Shown in pieces: positions 1 to 10,131 of a DNA stretch of 64,000 nt. Position 1 is the first letter of the stretch. Every line of letters begins with the position of its first letter. The DNA comes from an uncultured Planctomycetota bacterium. Its GTDB lineage: Bacteria; Planctomycetota; Planctomycetia; Isosphaerales; Isosphaeraceae. Position numbers and translations under genes: made by a program. Location of the stretch: contig CAWGMQ010000005.1 in the NCBI GenBank assembly GCA_963823665.1, forward strand, positions 928,001-992,000, in the 5' to 3' direction. Below the pieces are notes generated by a model. The model was not told the origin of the DNA and ran no database searches. It saw only the letters and a list, made by a program, of their open reading frames with translations.

Positions 1-1647
1 TGTGGCGGGAAATGCCTTGCCGTTTGAAGTGCCTCCCGTATCGCTGACGCTTACCGTTGGTGTGGCTTGGTTGACCGTCTGGCCGCCGGTCAACGTGCCT
101 GTGCTGCTCGTGAAGTTAGCAGTGGCCGCCGGGTTGTAGGTGGCAGACACTGCGTGCGGTGAGCCGCTGACGAGCAACACCGCATCGGTGATGCTGGCCA
201 TTCCGTTGCTCAACGTGACGGGATCGTTGAAGTTCGAGCCGTCGATAGCAAATTGTACCGAGCCGGTCGGCGTGGGGAGGCCAGAGGTAGCCGGAGATAC
301 CGTGGCCGTAAACGTGACCGACTGGCCATACGTCGAAGGGTTGGACGAAGACATAACGGTCGTAATCGTGGCGGCCTGGGTGACCGTTTGCATCGCGGAA
401 CCAGAACTGCTGCCAAAGTTGCTGTCGCCGGGATAGCTCGCCGTGATCGTGTCCGTGCCGACAGGCAGAAGTTGCGCTGCCGTCGTGGTGTACGTGGCGA
501 TGCCCGACGCGTTGAGCATGCCGTTGCCGAGATTGGTCGATCCGTCCATGAACGTGACGGTGCCGGTAGGTGTGGGCAGCCCTGAGGCTGCTGCCGAAAC
601 GGTAGCGGTGAACGCGACCGGCTGGCCATAGGTTGAGGGATTGGGAGCGGAGGCTACCGAGACATCAGGTGTAGGCGCGGGAGTCGAAGAGGTAAGATTG
701 GCGATCCAGGATTCTGCATTGTGTTGCGGGTCAATGCCGGTGCCGACGATCGTGTTTCCGTTAGGGGTGATGGCCGTCGCGTCGGTGAGCGTCCATCCGG
801 CGAGGGCGGTTCCCAAACCGTAATCGGTAGTCAGGACTTGCTTGAGGTTTTGTGTGCCGTTCGCCTGATCCCAAATGAATGCGGTCGAGTAGTTGAGATC
901 GCTGACTCCCATCGACCCGACAATGGCCGAACCGTTATTTGAGACGCCGTTGGCTACACTCGCTCCAAAACCTGCCGGAAGAGGTAACTCCGTTACACTT
1001 CCCTGCGTCCAGCTAAAGGCTTGCGGGTAGGCTGAGGAATAATTCAACTGCCCCACGACGACGGAACCATCCGCCGATATTGCCGCCGCCCTTGAGTTCA
1101 TCGTTGTGTCGGGAATCGTCGTGAACGTGCCGTTGGTCCACTGAAAGGCGTATTCAGACCCTGACGCCGCGCCGAAATACCATCCGGCGATCACCCCCCC
1201 GTTCGCCGACATCGTGGTTACTTCGGTCCCGTAGTCGGTGAAAGGCGTGGTTTGCGTAAAGATGTCGAGATTACTACCCGTCAGTTGATAACCATAGGTA
1301 TTGTTCACATCACCGGCGATGACCGAACCATCTTCCGATATCGCGATGCCGGTGCTGGACTTTTCCGACGACAAGGCAGGAGGCACGACCGCGCCGCCGC
1401 TGCTTGTCCAAGTAAATGCCTGAGAAGAAACTCCGTGCAATGTTCCCACAATGGCGGAACCATCGCCTGAAACACCATTTACGATGGCCGATGCAGGGGT
1501 ACCCACATGAAGAGGAACGACTCCGCTGGCTTGAGTCCAGTAAAATGCACCCAGCGGAGATCCTGCGTTTCCTATGACAGTGGAACCATCTGCCGATACT
1601 GCGTCAGCATTGAGAGCCGTTGCGCCCAGCCCTTGAAAGCTGGCCAT
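1..1647 (-). CDS. Extracellular protein with N-terminal HAF-type repeats followed by bacterial Ig-like (group 3) domains; runs off the left edge
   Basis: Manual translation from the ATG at 1647 gives MASFQGLGATALNADAVSADGSTVIG...AFYWTQASG with repeated SADGS-type motifs, then SNPSTYGQSVTFTATV...PTGSVQF Ig-like repeats. No stop inside the window, so it is absent from the ORF track. Confidence 0.75.
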   Translation of the reverse strand, partial: MASFQGLGATALNADAVSADGSTVIGNAGSPLGAFYWTQASGVVPLHVGTPASAIVNGVSGDGSAIVGTLHGVSSQAFTWTSSGGAVVPPALSSEKSSTGIAISEDGSVIAGDVNNTYGYQLTGSNLDIFTQTTPFTDYGTEVTTMSANGGVIAGWYFGAASGSEYAFQWTNGTFTTIPDTTMNSRAAAISADGSVVVGQLNYSSAYPQAFSWTQGSVTELPLPAGFGASVANGVSNNGSAIVGSMGVSDLNYSTAFIWDQANGTQNLKQVLTTDYGLGTALAGWTLTDATAITPNGNTIVGTGIDPQHNAESWIANLTSSTPAPTPDVSVASAPNPSTYGQPVAFTATVSAAASGLPTPTGTVTFMDGSTNLGNGMLNASGIATYTTTAAQLLPVGTDTITASYPGDSNFGSSSGSAMQTVTQAATITTVMSSSNPSTYGQSVTFTATVSPATSGLPTPTGSVQFAIDGSNFNDPVTLSNGMASITDAVLLVSGSPHAVSATYNPAATANFTSSTGTLTGGQTVNQATPTVSVSDTGGTSNGKAFPAT

Positions 1648-1914
1648 GAGTGAACGCGGTTCGAGCAGGTCGAGAGATGGACGCAATCGCACCTGGCGCC
1701 GCTTCGCGTTGGGTGTGCGGGTATGGCCAACGCGTGAATTCTCAATGCCCGGAACGGGGAGCATGGTGTCCCTTCGCCGTTGGAGGGGCGGGTGATCGGT
1801 AACAAATAAGTTTAACCGAAACAGGCTTGGAACTGCCAAATGCTTTGGAACATTTCAAAAGCTTATGGCAAAGCGTCACACAAAAGGCGCGTCGGGTTCC
1901 CTCGACCCTCGTCG

Positions 1915-4900
1915 CTAAAACAAACTGAGCTGCCGGTCATTCTGCCGCCGGCCACCGGCGACCTGCTGCCGGTAAACGGGGTCGCGCCGGGGGGCGGCGG
2001 GCAGTTCGGGAAAAGGATGGATCACCGGCGGCATCGGTTCCGCAGGGCGGGCCGGTGTCGCGACGGCGGCGATGGGCGCCTCCACCGGGGTTGCCGCCGG
2101 CTCGGGCTCGACCGGGGGCAGGGCAGCGGGCATCGCTTCGCTGCGGCGGCGGATGCGCGCCGTCACCGGCTCCTCGGCGGTGGCTGCGCTGCGAGGCGTC
2201 CGCCGCTCAGGCGCCGCCTCGATAGTGTGGCCGGCTCTCAGGGCCTTGATGCGGTCGGCCAGTTCGCTGACCGATATCTCCGCACCTGTTGCGGGGGGCG
2301 TCGCCTGAGACAGGCCGGCCTTGAGCTGGTCACGCAAATCCGTCAGTTCGGCCAGGTAGGCATCGTGGGCGAAGGGGCGGCCGATGCGGGCCTGGTAATC
2401 GCGGAGCTGGGTTCTGGCAATCTCCAGATCCTGCCGGGTCGCGTCGCTTTGGCCTTGATAGCCGTCGGCGAGCCGCTCGAGGGCGTTCATCACCGCCCGC
2501 GGGCCGCGATGGTCGCGGGAAAGCAGGCCGTGGCGTGTTACGGCTCCTTCGAGGAAAACCTCGGCGGCGCCGCTCTGGTGCAGCGCCAGGCCGAACCCGA
2601 GGCCGCGATAGCTGCCGATCGGAAACCGCGTAAAATCACGCGCCTTGTCAGGAAGGGCATCGAGCTTCGCCCCAAGTATGTCCAGACTATCGCTACCGTT
2701 GCAGGCGCGATTGCCAATGGTGACGGGATCGCGCTCGTGCGCGACGAGCGTCGCCCTATCAGCCGATAAATCGGCCTGGCGTTTATCCAGACGGGCGATG
2801 GTGTCAGGGAGCTCGCGCAGGGCGCGGCGGGCGAGGTACTGCTCGTCGGAGTGGTTCTTCGCCAGGATGGCCAGCCGCTGCAACTCGGCGTCGGCCTCGG
2901 CGAGGGTGAGCACCGCCGGGTTGCCCGAAGCGATGGCTTTCACCTCGGCGTAGGACAATTCCTGCCCGCCGATGTCCTCGGCCCGGCGGGCGGCATTGTC
3001 GCCGGTCATCACCTGAGAGATAAACCTGGCCTTGGTTTCGAGGGCCTGCCACATATAGGCATCGAACGAGCCTTCGGTGACGTAGCGGTAAATCGCAACG
3101 ATCGGGTTGTCGTTGCCTTGCCGGAGAATCCGGCCTTCGCGCTGCTCGACTTCGGCCGGTTTCCACGGCGCGTCGAGATGATGCAGCGCCACCAGCCGCT
3201 TCTGCACATTCGTCCCAGTACCCATCTTCTGGGTGCTGCCGATCAGCACGCGGACGCTGCCGCTGCGCACCCGGTCGAACAGGGACTGCTTCTTGGCGTC
3301 GGAATCCGCCTCGCCGACTGCGGCGATCTGCCCGGCCGGGATGCCGGCGGCGGTGAGTTTGCTAATGAAGTCATCATAGACGCAGTAACCCCAGGGCGTC
3401 GGGTTGACGCCCATGTCGCAAAACACCATCTGCGTGCCGCGCGTCGCGGCGGTCTTTTGCCAGATTTCGGCGACGTTTCTGGCCATGGCGTTGATTTTGG
3501 AGTCCGGGTGATCGATGGCGGTAGCCGACAGCAGCCGGGCGTCGAGCGCCAGCTTGCGGCCGTCGGTGGTGATGGCCAGGGCGTTATCCACCCTCGGATC
3601 GACTTTCTCCTTTCGCAGCCGCTCGTAGCGGGCGACCAGCCCGGTTTGAAGGGCGGCTTGTTCTTCCGACATCGGGCAGGCGACCACCTGCGGCTTGCCG
3701 CCTTCGAGCTTCGGGCGGGGCAGGTCAAGCATCTCCGGCGTCTGCACGTCGGCGAAGGCGCGGAACATCGTCCCGAGCTCGGGCAGGTTGACGAACTTCG
3801 CAAAGCGGCTGCGCGGCCGTAAGCTGGCGCCGTCGGGGGAGATTTCCATGGTGTCGACGACCTCGCCGAAGGTCGCCGCCCAGCCGTCGAAATGCTCGAT
3901 GCCCCGGCTCCTGAGTCCTTCCGGGTCGAGGAAGCGCTGCATCGTATACATCTCGACCATGGTGTTGGAAATCGGCGTGCCGGTGGCGAAGGTCACGCCG
4001 TGGCCTGCCTTCGCCGAAGCGTGGCTACGCGCAGGCAGGCCGGGATGCTGCTCACCCAGATAGCGGGCTTTCATATACAGGTCGAAGGCGCGCTCGCTGC
4101 CGCCGGTCTGGATGCCGGCGACGCGGTCCATCTTGGTCGGCGTCTCCAAATTCTTGAAGTAATGCGCCTCGTCGATGAAGACATGGTCGACGCCCAGCTC
4201 GTCGAACACCAGCCCGTCATCCTTCTTGCCTTCGGCCATCAGCTCCTTCAGCCGCTCCTCGCGGCGCGCTTTTTGCTTCTCGATGGATTTGATAATGTTC
4301 CTCGGGGTGCTGTTTCCGGCGTGGTCGCGCAGCAACTGGTCGTATTCCCCGATCTGCTCTTTCAGAAACTTCTCCTGGTAGTCGCGCGACATGCCGATGC
4401 GCTCGAAGCTCGAATGCGTCATCACGATGCCGTCCCACTCGCCGCCGGCGATCTTGGCGGTCAGCAATTTGCGGCGGTCTTTGGCCAGGTCGTCCTTGGT
4501 GGCGACCAGCAGCCTTGCGTTGGGATAAAGCTGCATGAACTCGCGGGCGAATTGCTCCAGCATATGGTTGGGCACGACATAGACCGGCTTCTTGAGCAGG
4601 CCGGCATGCTTCATCTTCATGCCGGTGGCGGCCATGGTGTAGGTCTTGCCCGCGCCAACGGCATGCGCCAGCAGCGTGTTGCCCGCACTCATCCCCCGCC
4701 AGACCGCGTCCTGCTGGTGCGGGTTGAGCCTTATCCCGCTGTTCATGCCGGGGAAGTCCAGATGCGAGCCGTCGAACAGGCGGGGACGCAGATTATTGTA
4801 GGTATCATTATACAAGCGAACCAGCCGCTCGGTACGCTCGGGTTCGGCGAACAGCCAGGATTTGAATCGCTCCTTGATGCGCTTCTGCTTCTCGCGGGCG

Positions 4901-7098
4901 GCCAGCGTGTCGTCCTGGTTCACCACCCTCTCCTCTCCGTTTGGACCCTGGATGGTGTCGTAAATCACCGGCGTCTTCATATTGAGGGCGAGGTCGAGCA
5001 GCCATGTTCCGTTAGCCCGCACCGTGCCGTAGTCGCTCGTCGCGGCGACTGACGCCTCGGCGGCGTGGCCGGCCTCGACGCTCCACACCGCATCCTTTTT
5101 CAGGTGACCGACCGTGATGTCGGACGCGGCGACGCCGAACAGTTCGGCGGCGAATGCCTGGATGTCGGAACCCGGTATCCACGGTGCGCCCAGATTAGCG
5201 TCGATATCGCCCGGCAGCACGTCTTCGGGCTGGACGTGGCGCAGCGCCTCGGCATTGCGGGCGTAAGCCGCGCCGGCCGCCTCGGCGAATTTGAGTTTGT
5301 CACGCACATTGCCGGACAAATATTGATCGGCGGTCTGCCACTGCCACGATTGCGGGTCGCGGTAAATCAGATCACCGAGCTCGGCGATGATGGCCTCCTC
5401 GGGCTTGCCATATAGTTGGCTGATATAGGCCAGGTCAACGCCGCCATTGCGGTCGAGGCTGACCAGCAGCCCATCCTCGGCGGATGTGACATGCGTGACC
5501 GGTGGGCTCTTGCCGACGACATCACGCATCAAGATGGGAGCTTTGGCGGCTTTGCCGGTGACCTCGTCGTAATCCTCCAACGCCATCACCAGCATTGCAT
5601 CGGGGTCTTCGCGGAACTTGACGATATTCGGCATGCGGCGGATGACCGTGCCGTCGGCGGTTTCGCTGAAGGTGGTTTTGTTGACCGGGCCGTAGGTGGC
5701 GGCTAAGCGGTCATAGGCGAAGTTCAGCTTGCGGCGCGCGTCGATGCGGTTAGCCTCCGGCCACCCCTCGTTCTGCGACCGCAGCACCTGGCGGGCGAGA
5801 TCCCGTAATCCCACCAGAGCGGCAAGCCGGCGGCCGGTCATCGTCCCATCGGACTTCAGCAGCGTGCCGCCGTACGTCACCGGGACGGCTCGGCCGTCTT
5901 CGATTTGACAGATGGTGCGGTCATCGGCGACGAAGAAGCTGCCCTCGGTGATGTGTTTCTCAGGCGGCGGCGCGATGAATGCCGGGGGAGGAGGATTGGG
6001 CATTTCGGCGGCGGACTGCGTCACCTCAAACTTCGGCAGCCGGTCGATGGCCTGCCTCAGTTGCTCCGCCAGGTCGCCGGTGCCGGTGACGCTGAATCCC
6101 TCGCCGCCATACAGCGTGTCCTTGCGGCTGAATTCACCGAGCACCATCTCCGGATGGCGCACGAAATAGCTGTTGATCGGGATGTCGGCCGCGGCCAGCT
6201 TCATGGTGACGGTGTGCAGCCACTGCGGATCAACGTGGTTGGGTTCCTGACCGGGGGCGCGTTTCTTCAGGAACAGGATGTCGGTGACGACGCGGGTGCC
6301 TTCATTCTTGAACGCATCGGACGGCAGGCGAATCGCTCCCAGGAAATCGGCCTGGCCGGCGAGCTGCTCGCGGACGCTGGCATTCTGCTTGTCGAGCGTG
6401 TAGTGGCTGGTGACCACGGCCAGCACCCCTCCAGGTTTCAGCGCATCGACAGATTTTGCTATGCAGAAATCATGCAGCGACAGTTTCCGGCCCTGGAATT
6501 CGAGCTTTACATCCGCGAAGGGGACGTTGCCGATCACGGCACCGATGGTGCCCTCCGGCAATTTTGTGTCACGGAATGACTCGATGCGGATATCGGCGGC
6601 CGGGTGCAGCGCGCGGGCGATGCGCCCGGAAGTCGCGTCGAGCTCGACGCCGATGAACCGCTGGCCAGCCGGTGCATTTGCCATAAAGTTCCCGGTGCCA
6701 CAACCGGGCTCGAGGATGGTCGTGTTGGCCGGGACGCCAAGCCGCGCCAATGCGTCGTGGATGGCGGCGATGACGGTGGGCGACGTGTAGAAAGCGGTGA
6801 AGGTGGTTCGCTTCGCTGAGTCATACTCCACAGGTGACAGCAGTGACTCGAGCTCCTTCCCGAGCGTCTCCCAACCGGCATCCTTGTAGCGGCCGGTAAC
6901 GGCATCGGGAAAGAGCGACAGGGCCACCGCCGCGAATCCACCGAAGCGGGCGAGCGTTTGCCGCTCGTCGGCGGTGGCGGGACGGTTCTCCCGCTCGATG
7001 GTTTGCAATGTGCGGATGGCGGAAATGACGACGCGCGCCTTGGCTTTGTCGCCGGAGGCGATGGTTGATGGTGCGGTTTGGGTGATGGTTTGTTCCAT
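1915..7098 (-). CDS. N6-adenine DNA methylase / SNF2-type helicase fusion (DarB-like), about 1727 aa
   Basis: LEPGCGTG and GNVPF methylase motifs; HAVGAGKT, DEAH, TGTP, GTGTNVQ and EQREGRILRQGN helicase motifs. Start placed at ATG 7098 behind an AGGAGAAGGA RBS rather than at 7845. Confidence 0.9.
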   Translation of the reverse strand: MEQTITQTAPSTIASGDKAKARVVISAIRTLQTIERENRPATADERQTLARFGGFAAVALSLFPDAVTGRYKDAGWETLGKELESLLSPVEYDSAKRTTFTAFYTSPTVIAAIHDALARLGVPANTTILEPGCGTGNFMANAPAGQRFIGVELDATSGRIARALHPAADIRIESFRDTKLPEGTIGAVIGNVPFADVKLEFQGRKLSLHDFCIAKSVDALKPGGVLAVVTSHYTLDKQNASVREQLAGQADFLGAIRLPSDAFKNEGTRVVTDILFLKKRAPGQEPNHVDPQWLHTVTMKLAAADIPINSYFVRHPEMVLGEFSRKDTLYGGEGFSVTGTGDLAEQLRQAIDRLPKFEVTQSAAEMPNPPPPAFIAPPPEKHITEGSFFVADDRTICQIEDGRAVPVTYGGTLLKSDGTMTGRRLAALVGLRDLARQVLRSQNEGWPEANRIDARRKLNFAYDRLAATYGPVNKTTFSETADGTVIRRMPNIVKFREDPDAMLVMALEDYDEVTGKAAKAPILMRDVVGKSPPVTHVTSAEDGLLVSLDRNGGVDLAYISQLYGKPEEAIIAELGDLIYRDPQSWQWQTADQYLSGNVRDKLKFAEAAGAAYARNAEALRHVQPEDVLPGDIDANLGAPWIPGSDIQAFAAELFGVAASDITVGHLKKDAVWSVEAGHAAEASVAATSDYGTVRANGTWLLDLALNMKTPVIYDTIQGPNGEERVVNQDDTLAAREKQKRIKERFKSWLFAEPERTERLVRLYNDTYNNLRPRLFDGSHLDFPGMNSGIRLNPHQQDAVWRGMSAGNTLLAHAVGAGKTYTMAATGMKMKHAGLLKKPVYVVPNHMLEQFAREFMQLYPNARLLVATKDDLAKDRRKLLTAKIAGGEWDGIVMTHSSFERIGMSRDYQEKFLKEQIGEYDQLLRDHAGNSTPRNIIKSIEKQKARREERLKELMAEGKKDDGLVFDELGVDHVFIDEAHYFKNLETPTKMDRVAGIQTGGSERAFDLYMKARYLGEQHPGLPARSHASAKAGHGVTFATGTPISNTMVEMYTMQRFLDPEGLRSRGIEHFDGWAATFGEVVDTMEISPDGASLRPRSRFAKFVNLPELGTMFRAFADVQTPEMLDLPRPKLEGGKPQVVACPMSEEQAALQTGLVARYERLRKEKVDPRVDNALAITTDGRKLALDARLLSATAIDHPDSKINAMARNVAEIWQKTAATRGTQMVFCDMGVNPTPWGYCVYDDFISKLTAAGIPAGQIAAVGEADSDAKKQSLFDRVRSGSVRVLIGSTQKMGTGTNVQKRLVALHHLDAPWKPAEVEQREGRILRQGNDNPIVAIYRYVTEGSFDAYMWQALETKARFISQVMTGDNAARRAEDIGGQELSYAEVKAIASGNPAVLTLAEADAELQRLAILAKNHSDEQYLARRALRELPDTIARLDKRQADLSADRATLVAHERDPVTIGNRACNGSDSLDILGAKLDALPDKARDFTRFPIGSYRGLGFGLALHQSGAAEVFLEGAVTRHGLLSRDHRGPRAVMNALERLADGYQGQSDATRQDLEIARTQLRDYQARIGRPFAHDAYLAELTDLRDQLKAGLSQATPPATGAEISVSELADRIKALRAGHTIEAAPERRTPRSAATAEEPVTARIRRRSEAMPAALPPVEPEPAATPVEAPIAAVATPARPAEPMPPVIHPFPELPAAPRRDPVYRQQVAGGRRQNDRQLSLF
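4002..4041. repeat. Palindromic mini-element inserted in frame in the helicase gene
   Basis: GGCCTGCCT...AGGCAGGCC inverted ends; encodes LPARSHASAKAG between HPG and HGVTFATGTP. Confidence 0.6.
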
Positions 7099-7400
7099 GA
7101 TGCGATGTCCTTCTCCTGACGATTGCGGCCCCGCGCATGGGGGCCTTACGCCGGAGCGATCAACCGCCGGTAAGCCGGAAGCGAGGCGGCCGTGCAAGCG
7201 GGCAATGGGGAGGGGGCCCCCGTTCCCGCTTGCAGGGTCCGGCGGCGGCGGTAGCGTAGCGGCGAAAGGCCCCAGCGGGGTTGGAGCGGTAGGAGAGACG
7301 GAATCGTCGGAGGAATCCGGCCGGGCGGTAGGGCTCTCCGCGGCGGCACGCCGCGGCGCCGTGCCGAAGATCGGGAGGATGGGTTGATTACGGGCAGGTC

Positions 7401-7718
7401 TTACGCGGGCTGCGAATCCCTGCGAATAAAGTTCATCGCCGCGTCGAGGGAGAACGGTTCGGCTTCGTTCACCGGAGAGCCGGAGGGTATATGTTCCATC
7501 AGCTCCTGCACCGCCAGCTCCATCGCCTCGCTGCTGATCGTGCTCGGGTCGCTGCCCGGATTCGCCCGGCTGAGTGACGCCTTCCACGCCTCGTGACTGT
7601 CCTTGAGCTCCATCGCGTAAGCGTCCATCGATGGAAGTAATCTCTTGCTGCTGCGGAGCCGCTCGTACAGTTCCTGGTTCTGCTCGATCAGGCCGAGGGC
7701 AATCGTTTTGTAATTCAT
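7401..7718 (-). CDS. Small hypothetical protein (105 aa) upstream of the methylase-helicase; weak TnpV-like resemblance
   Basis: AAGGAGGA RBS before ATG 7718; MNYKTIALGLIEQNQELYERL... Confidence 0.7.
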   Translation of the reverse strand: MNYKTIALGLIEQNQELYERLRSSKRLLPSMDAYAMELKDSHEAWKASLSRANPGSDPSTISSEAMELAVQELMEHIPSGSPVNEAEPFSLDAAMNFIRRDSQPA

Positions 7719-8226
7719 CGTGCAGTCCTCCTTGCTGAAGGGTTTGGGCATCGTCCTGGGGCGGAGCCGCATCGTTGGAGCCCTGTGAGGGCCCCAGCGG
7801 AAGGGGGAACCGCATCGTGCGTTGCGAAGACATGCCGGAAGCCATTACTTATGGCTAGTTTTGCCAGTGGTAATACGCATCCGTTGAACAGGCAAGTGAT
7901 TTCAGCCAAGCGGGAACCGTCCACTTTTGTTCATCTGGTCTGCACTCAACCTCCACACTAATGTGGCACAAGCACTCAAAATCCTCTCCTTTGTAAGTAT
8001 TAGAGACGTAAGTTGTTGAGGAAATCGAGAGCCACGGCCGGGGATTCAGACAGGTGGCAGGTAAGGGAAAACACTACGGTCCAATTCACGTGTTCTTCAC
8101 ACAATCTTCAGAGAATGCGTACACAAAACTTTCAGACTCTCACTCCATAGCAGCAAGTAGAAGCTGCGGGAGGAAATTGACACGAGTGGGCGACAAGTCA
8201 GATCAATTGTGACGCTTCAGGAGATA

Positions 8227-8637
8227 TCAGCGGCTTGTCCCGAGGTCATTCTCCAACTGACGAGCGAGCTCGCGGAGACGTGCATCCAGAATATCGGCGG
8301 TCGTCCTGCCGATGGGAGTATCGGGCAGTTGCCAAAGGCTCGCGGTGTTGCATCTGAGGCCAGTGTGGGTCATCCCCCCACCTCGCTCCGGGCTTCGATC
8401 GAGATGTTTCAGTTCCTTCAGAATCGCGTATACCGTGTCACCCACCTTGTGCTGTCCGGGAGGGAAATCAAACTTGAAATAAATTCGAGGTTTACCGTCA
8501 TAGCCCCGGTCGGAATAGCGGCAGTACTTCAAGGGCTGCTGATAACGTTCCGTCCAGGTGCGGCCCGGATGCCTCATAGCACGGCTTCCGGCTTCCGGCT
8601 GTTCCGGACCTTGCTTCGCCTCCTCGTCGCGATTCAT
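8227..8637 (-). CDS. Hypothetical protein (136 aa)
   Basis: ORF with protein-like composition, divergent from the HTH gene; ends ...NDLGTSR. Confidence 0.55.
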   Translation of the reverse strand: MNRDEEAKQGPEQPEAGSRAMRHPGRTWTERYQQPLKYCRYSDRGYDGKPRIYFKFDFPPGQHKVGDTVYAILKELKHLDRSPERGGGMTHTGLRCNTASLWQLPDTPIGRTTADILDARLRELARQLENDLGTSR

Positions 8638-8648
8638 TGCCTTGCCTG

Positions 8649-8672
8649 ATGCTTGGAATTCTATCCAAGCAT
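8649..8672. promoter_or_regulatory. Inverted repeat, candidate operator between divergent genes
   Basis: ATGCTTGGA-N6-TCCAAGCAT in an AT-rich spacer. Confidence 0.4.
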
Positions 8673-8776
8673 TAATGCATCTTCATCCGTTAGTCAATAT
8701 GTTTTCGATTAGGTGAGTGGTGCTTGTGCCGCTCGACCTTTCTGCGTCCGTACATTGGTTTTCAGCGAGGATCATC

Positions 8777-9118
8777 ATGCCTACCACCCGACTGCCTGAC
8801 TCCGCTCCCCCTCCATCAGACGACAACCATTCCATCCTTGGCCTGATCATGGCGATCCTGGCGGCGATGCCTGCGGCCCAGTGCAACGCCATTCTGACGC
8901 TGCTCGACTTCCTCAACGGATTACCGAGGGAAGAGCTTGCGTTGCTTGCAAAAGCGGTTCAGCCGCACCTTACTGATCCGGAAATTGCGACGTTGTGCGC
9001 GGTCAGCGACCGGCAGTTGTACCGCTACAAGCGATTTCAGGCGTTCAAGTCGTCCGCGGCTGATTACTGGCGTGACCATCGGGAAACATCTTATCGGCCG
9101 GACGAGCCTGCCGCCTGA
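8777..9118 (+). CDS. Hypothetical protein with a C-terminal helix-turn-helix-like segment
   Basis: LTDPEIATLCAVSDRQLYRY resembles an HTH; GAGGA precedes the ATG. Confidence 0.55.
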   Translation: MPTTRLPDSAPPPSDDNHSILGLIMAILAAMPAAQCNAILTLLDFLNGLPREELALLAKAVQPHLTDPEIATLCAVSDRQLYRYKRFQAFKSSAADYWRDHRETSYRPDEPAA

Positions 9119-9343
9119 TTGCACGGTGCAACTGTATCGTCATGTCAGAACCGGGAAATTCTAGCACTTGTTGCAAATGCCTGTGTGACAACGGTTTCAC
9201 GGGCAATGGCGGCAAGGAGTAACCGGCCGCCGATGTCTCCGATGTCACTCCGGTCTGTAATACGGACGGACGGATGGACCGGCTCCTCTGTCACCTCGGT
9301 GGAAATCTTGAGTCTCCGCGCGGTTTAGCAGAACGGGGGAATC

Positions 9344-9547
9344 ATGATCAGCGTCACGATCACCAGCAGTGTGCCAACTGAGGGCGACGCCGGCTGCCAG
9401 CCAAAGCCGGAACCGCGTGTGGCCAGCGATCCCGAAAGCAAGCCGGGCGAACGGTCGGCATCGTCGGACCCGGCCGAGCAACTTGAGGCCGCAGAGATCC
9501 AGGCGTTTCCCTACTTTGAGGTTTATAAATACGGATATCTTTATTGA
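9344..9547 (+). CDS. Small hypothetical protein
   Basis: 67-aa ORF with GGGGGA upstream; no recognisable motif. Confidence 0.3.
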   Translation: MISVTITSSVPTEGDAGCQPKPEPRVASDPESKPGERSASSDPAEQLEAAEIQAFPYFEVYKYGYLY

Positions 9548-9660
9548 AAGGGGGTGGCAACGGTCGCGGTGGGCTCGATGGCCTTGGCGGCCTCGAGCTC
9601 GAGGATGACAGCTAAATCGCAAGGTTACAAATCTTTCTTCCTGAACAAGGGGAAACACTC

Positions 9661-9999
9661 ATGAAGAAACTGCAACGACAAATCGTCAGGATACTTCTCC
9701 TGCTGCTGCTCATCCCGGCATTGGCCCTGGGGCCGTTCGGGTGCTGCGGTGGTGTTGAGGCGATTCCCGTGATCCTCGCCGTGACTGCGACGGCGGGAGC
9801 GGTCGCGCTGACGATTCACCAGTTCCAGCAGATCGAGTCGGCCGATCTTGACATCCAGATGAAGCGTCTGCGGCTTCGCGGCATGCAAGACGGCCGGTTG
9901 ACGACCGTCGAGCACCAGTTGAACGACGCAACCTTTCAGAAGATTGCCCGCGAGGGCAAGGTGAACGTCAACGGCGTCGTCATCCCCGTCAGCCGTTAA
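9661..9999 (+). CDS. Hypothetical exported/membrane protein (112 aa)
   Basis: Basic N-terminus, hydrophobic signal-like stretch and a second hydrophobic segment. Confidence 0.65.
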   Translation: MKKLQRQIVRILLLLLLIPALALGPFGCCGGVEAIPVILAVTATAGAVALTIHQFQQIESADLDIQMKRLRLRGMQDGRLTTVEHQLNDATFQKIAREGKVNVNGVVIPVSR

Positions 10000-10131
10000 G
10001 GCAACCGCGCCGCCATGCGGGCGGCGAGCATCGGATTGTGTCCGTTACCTCACGTCGCGCACGGCTGTGGCCGGGGCCGTACGCGCACGTTCTTCGACCG
10101 GCCGCGATTATCCTTTTGGAGACCTGCAACG

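Noticed and set aside
7099..7845. 249-aa N-terminal extension of the 1976-aa ORF
   Set aside because: Low-complexity translation that overlaps the 7401-7718 gene; a good RBS sits at ATG 7098.
7850..8220. AT-rich spacer as oriT or replication origin
   Set aside because: No iterons, nic-like sequence or convincing inverted repeat found by eye.
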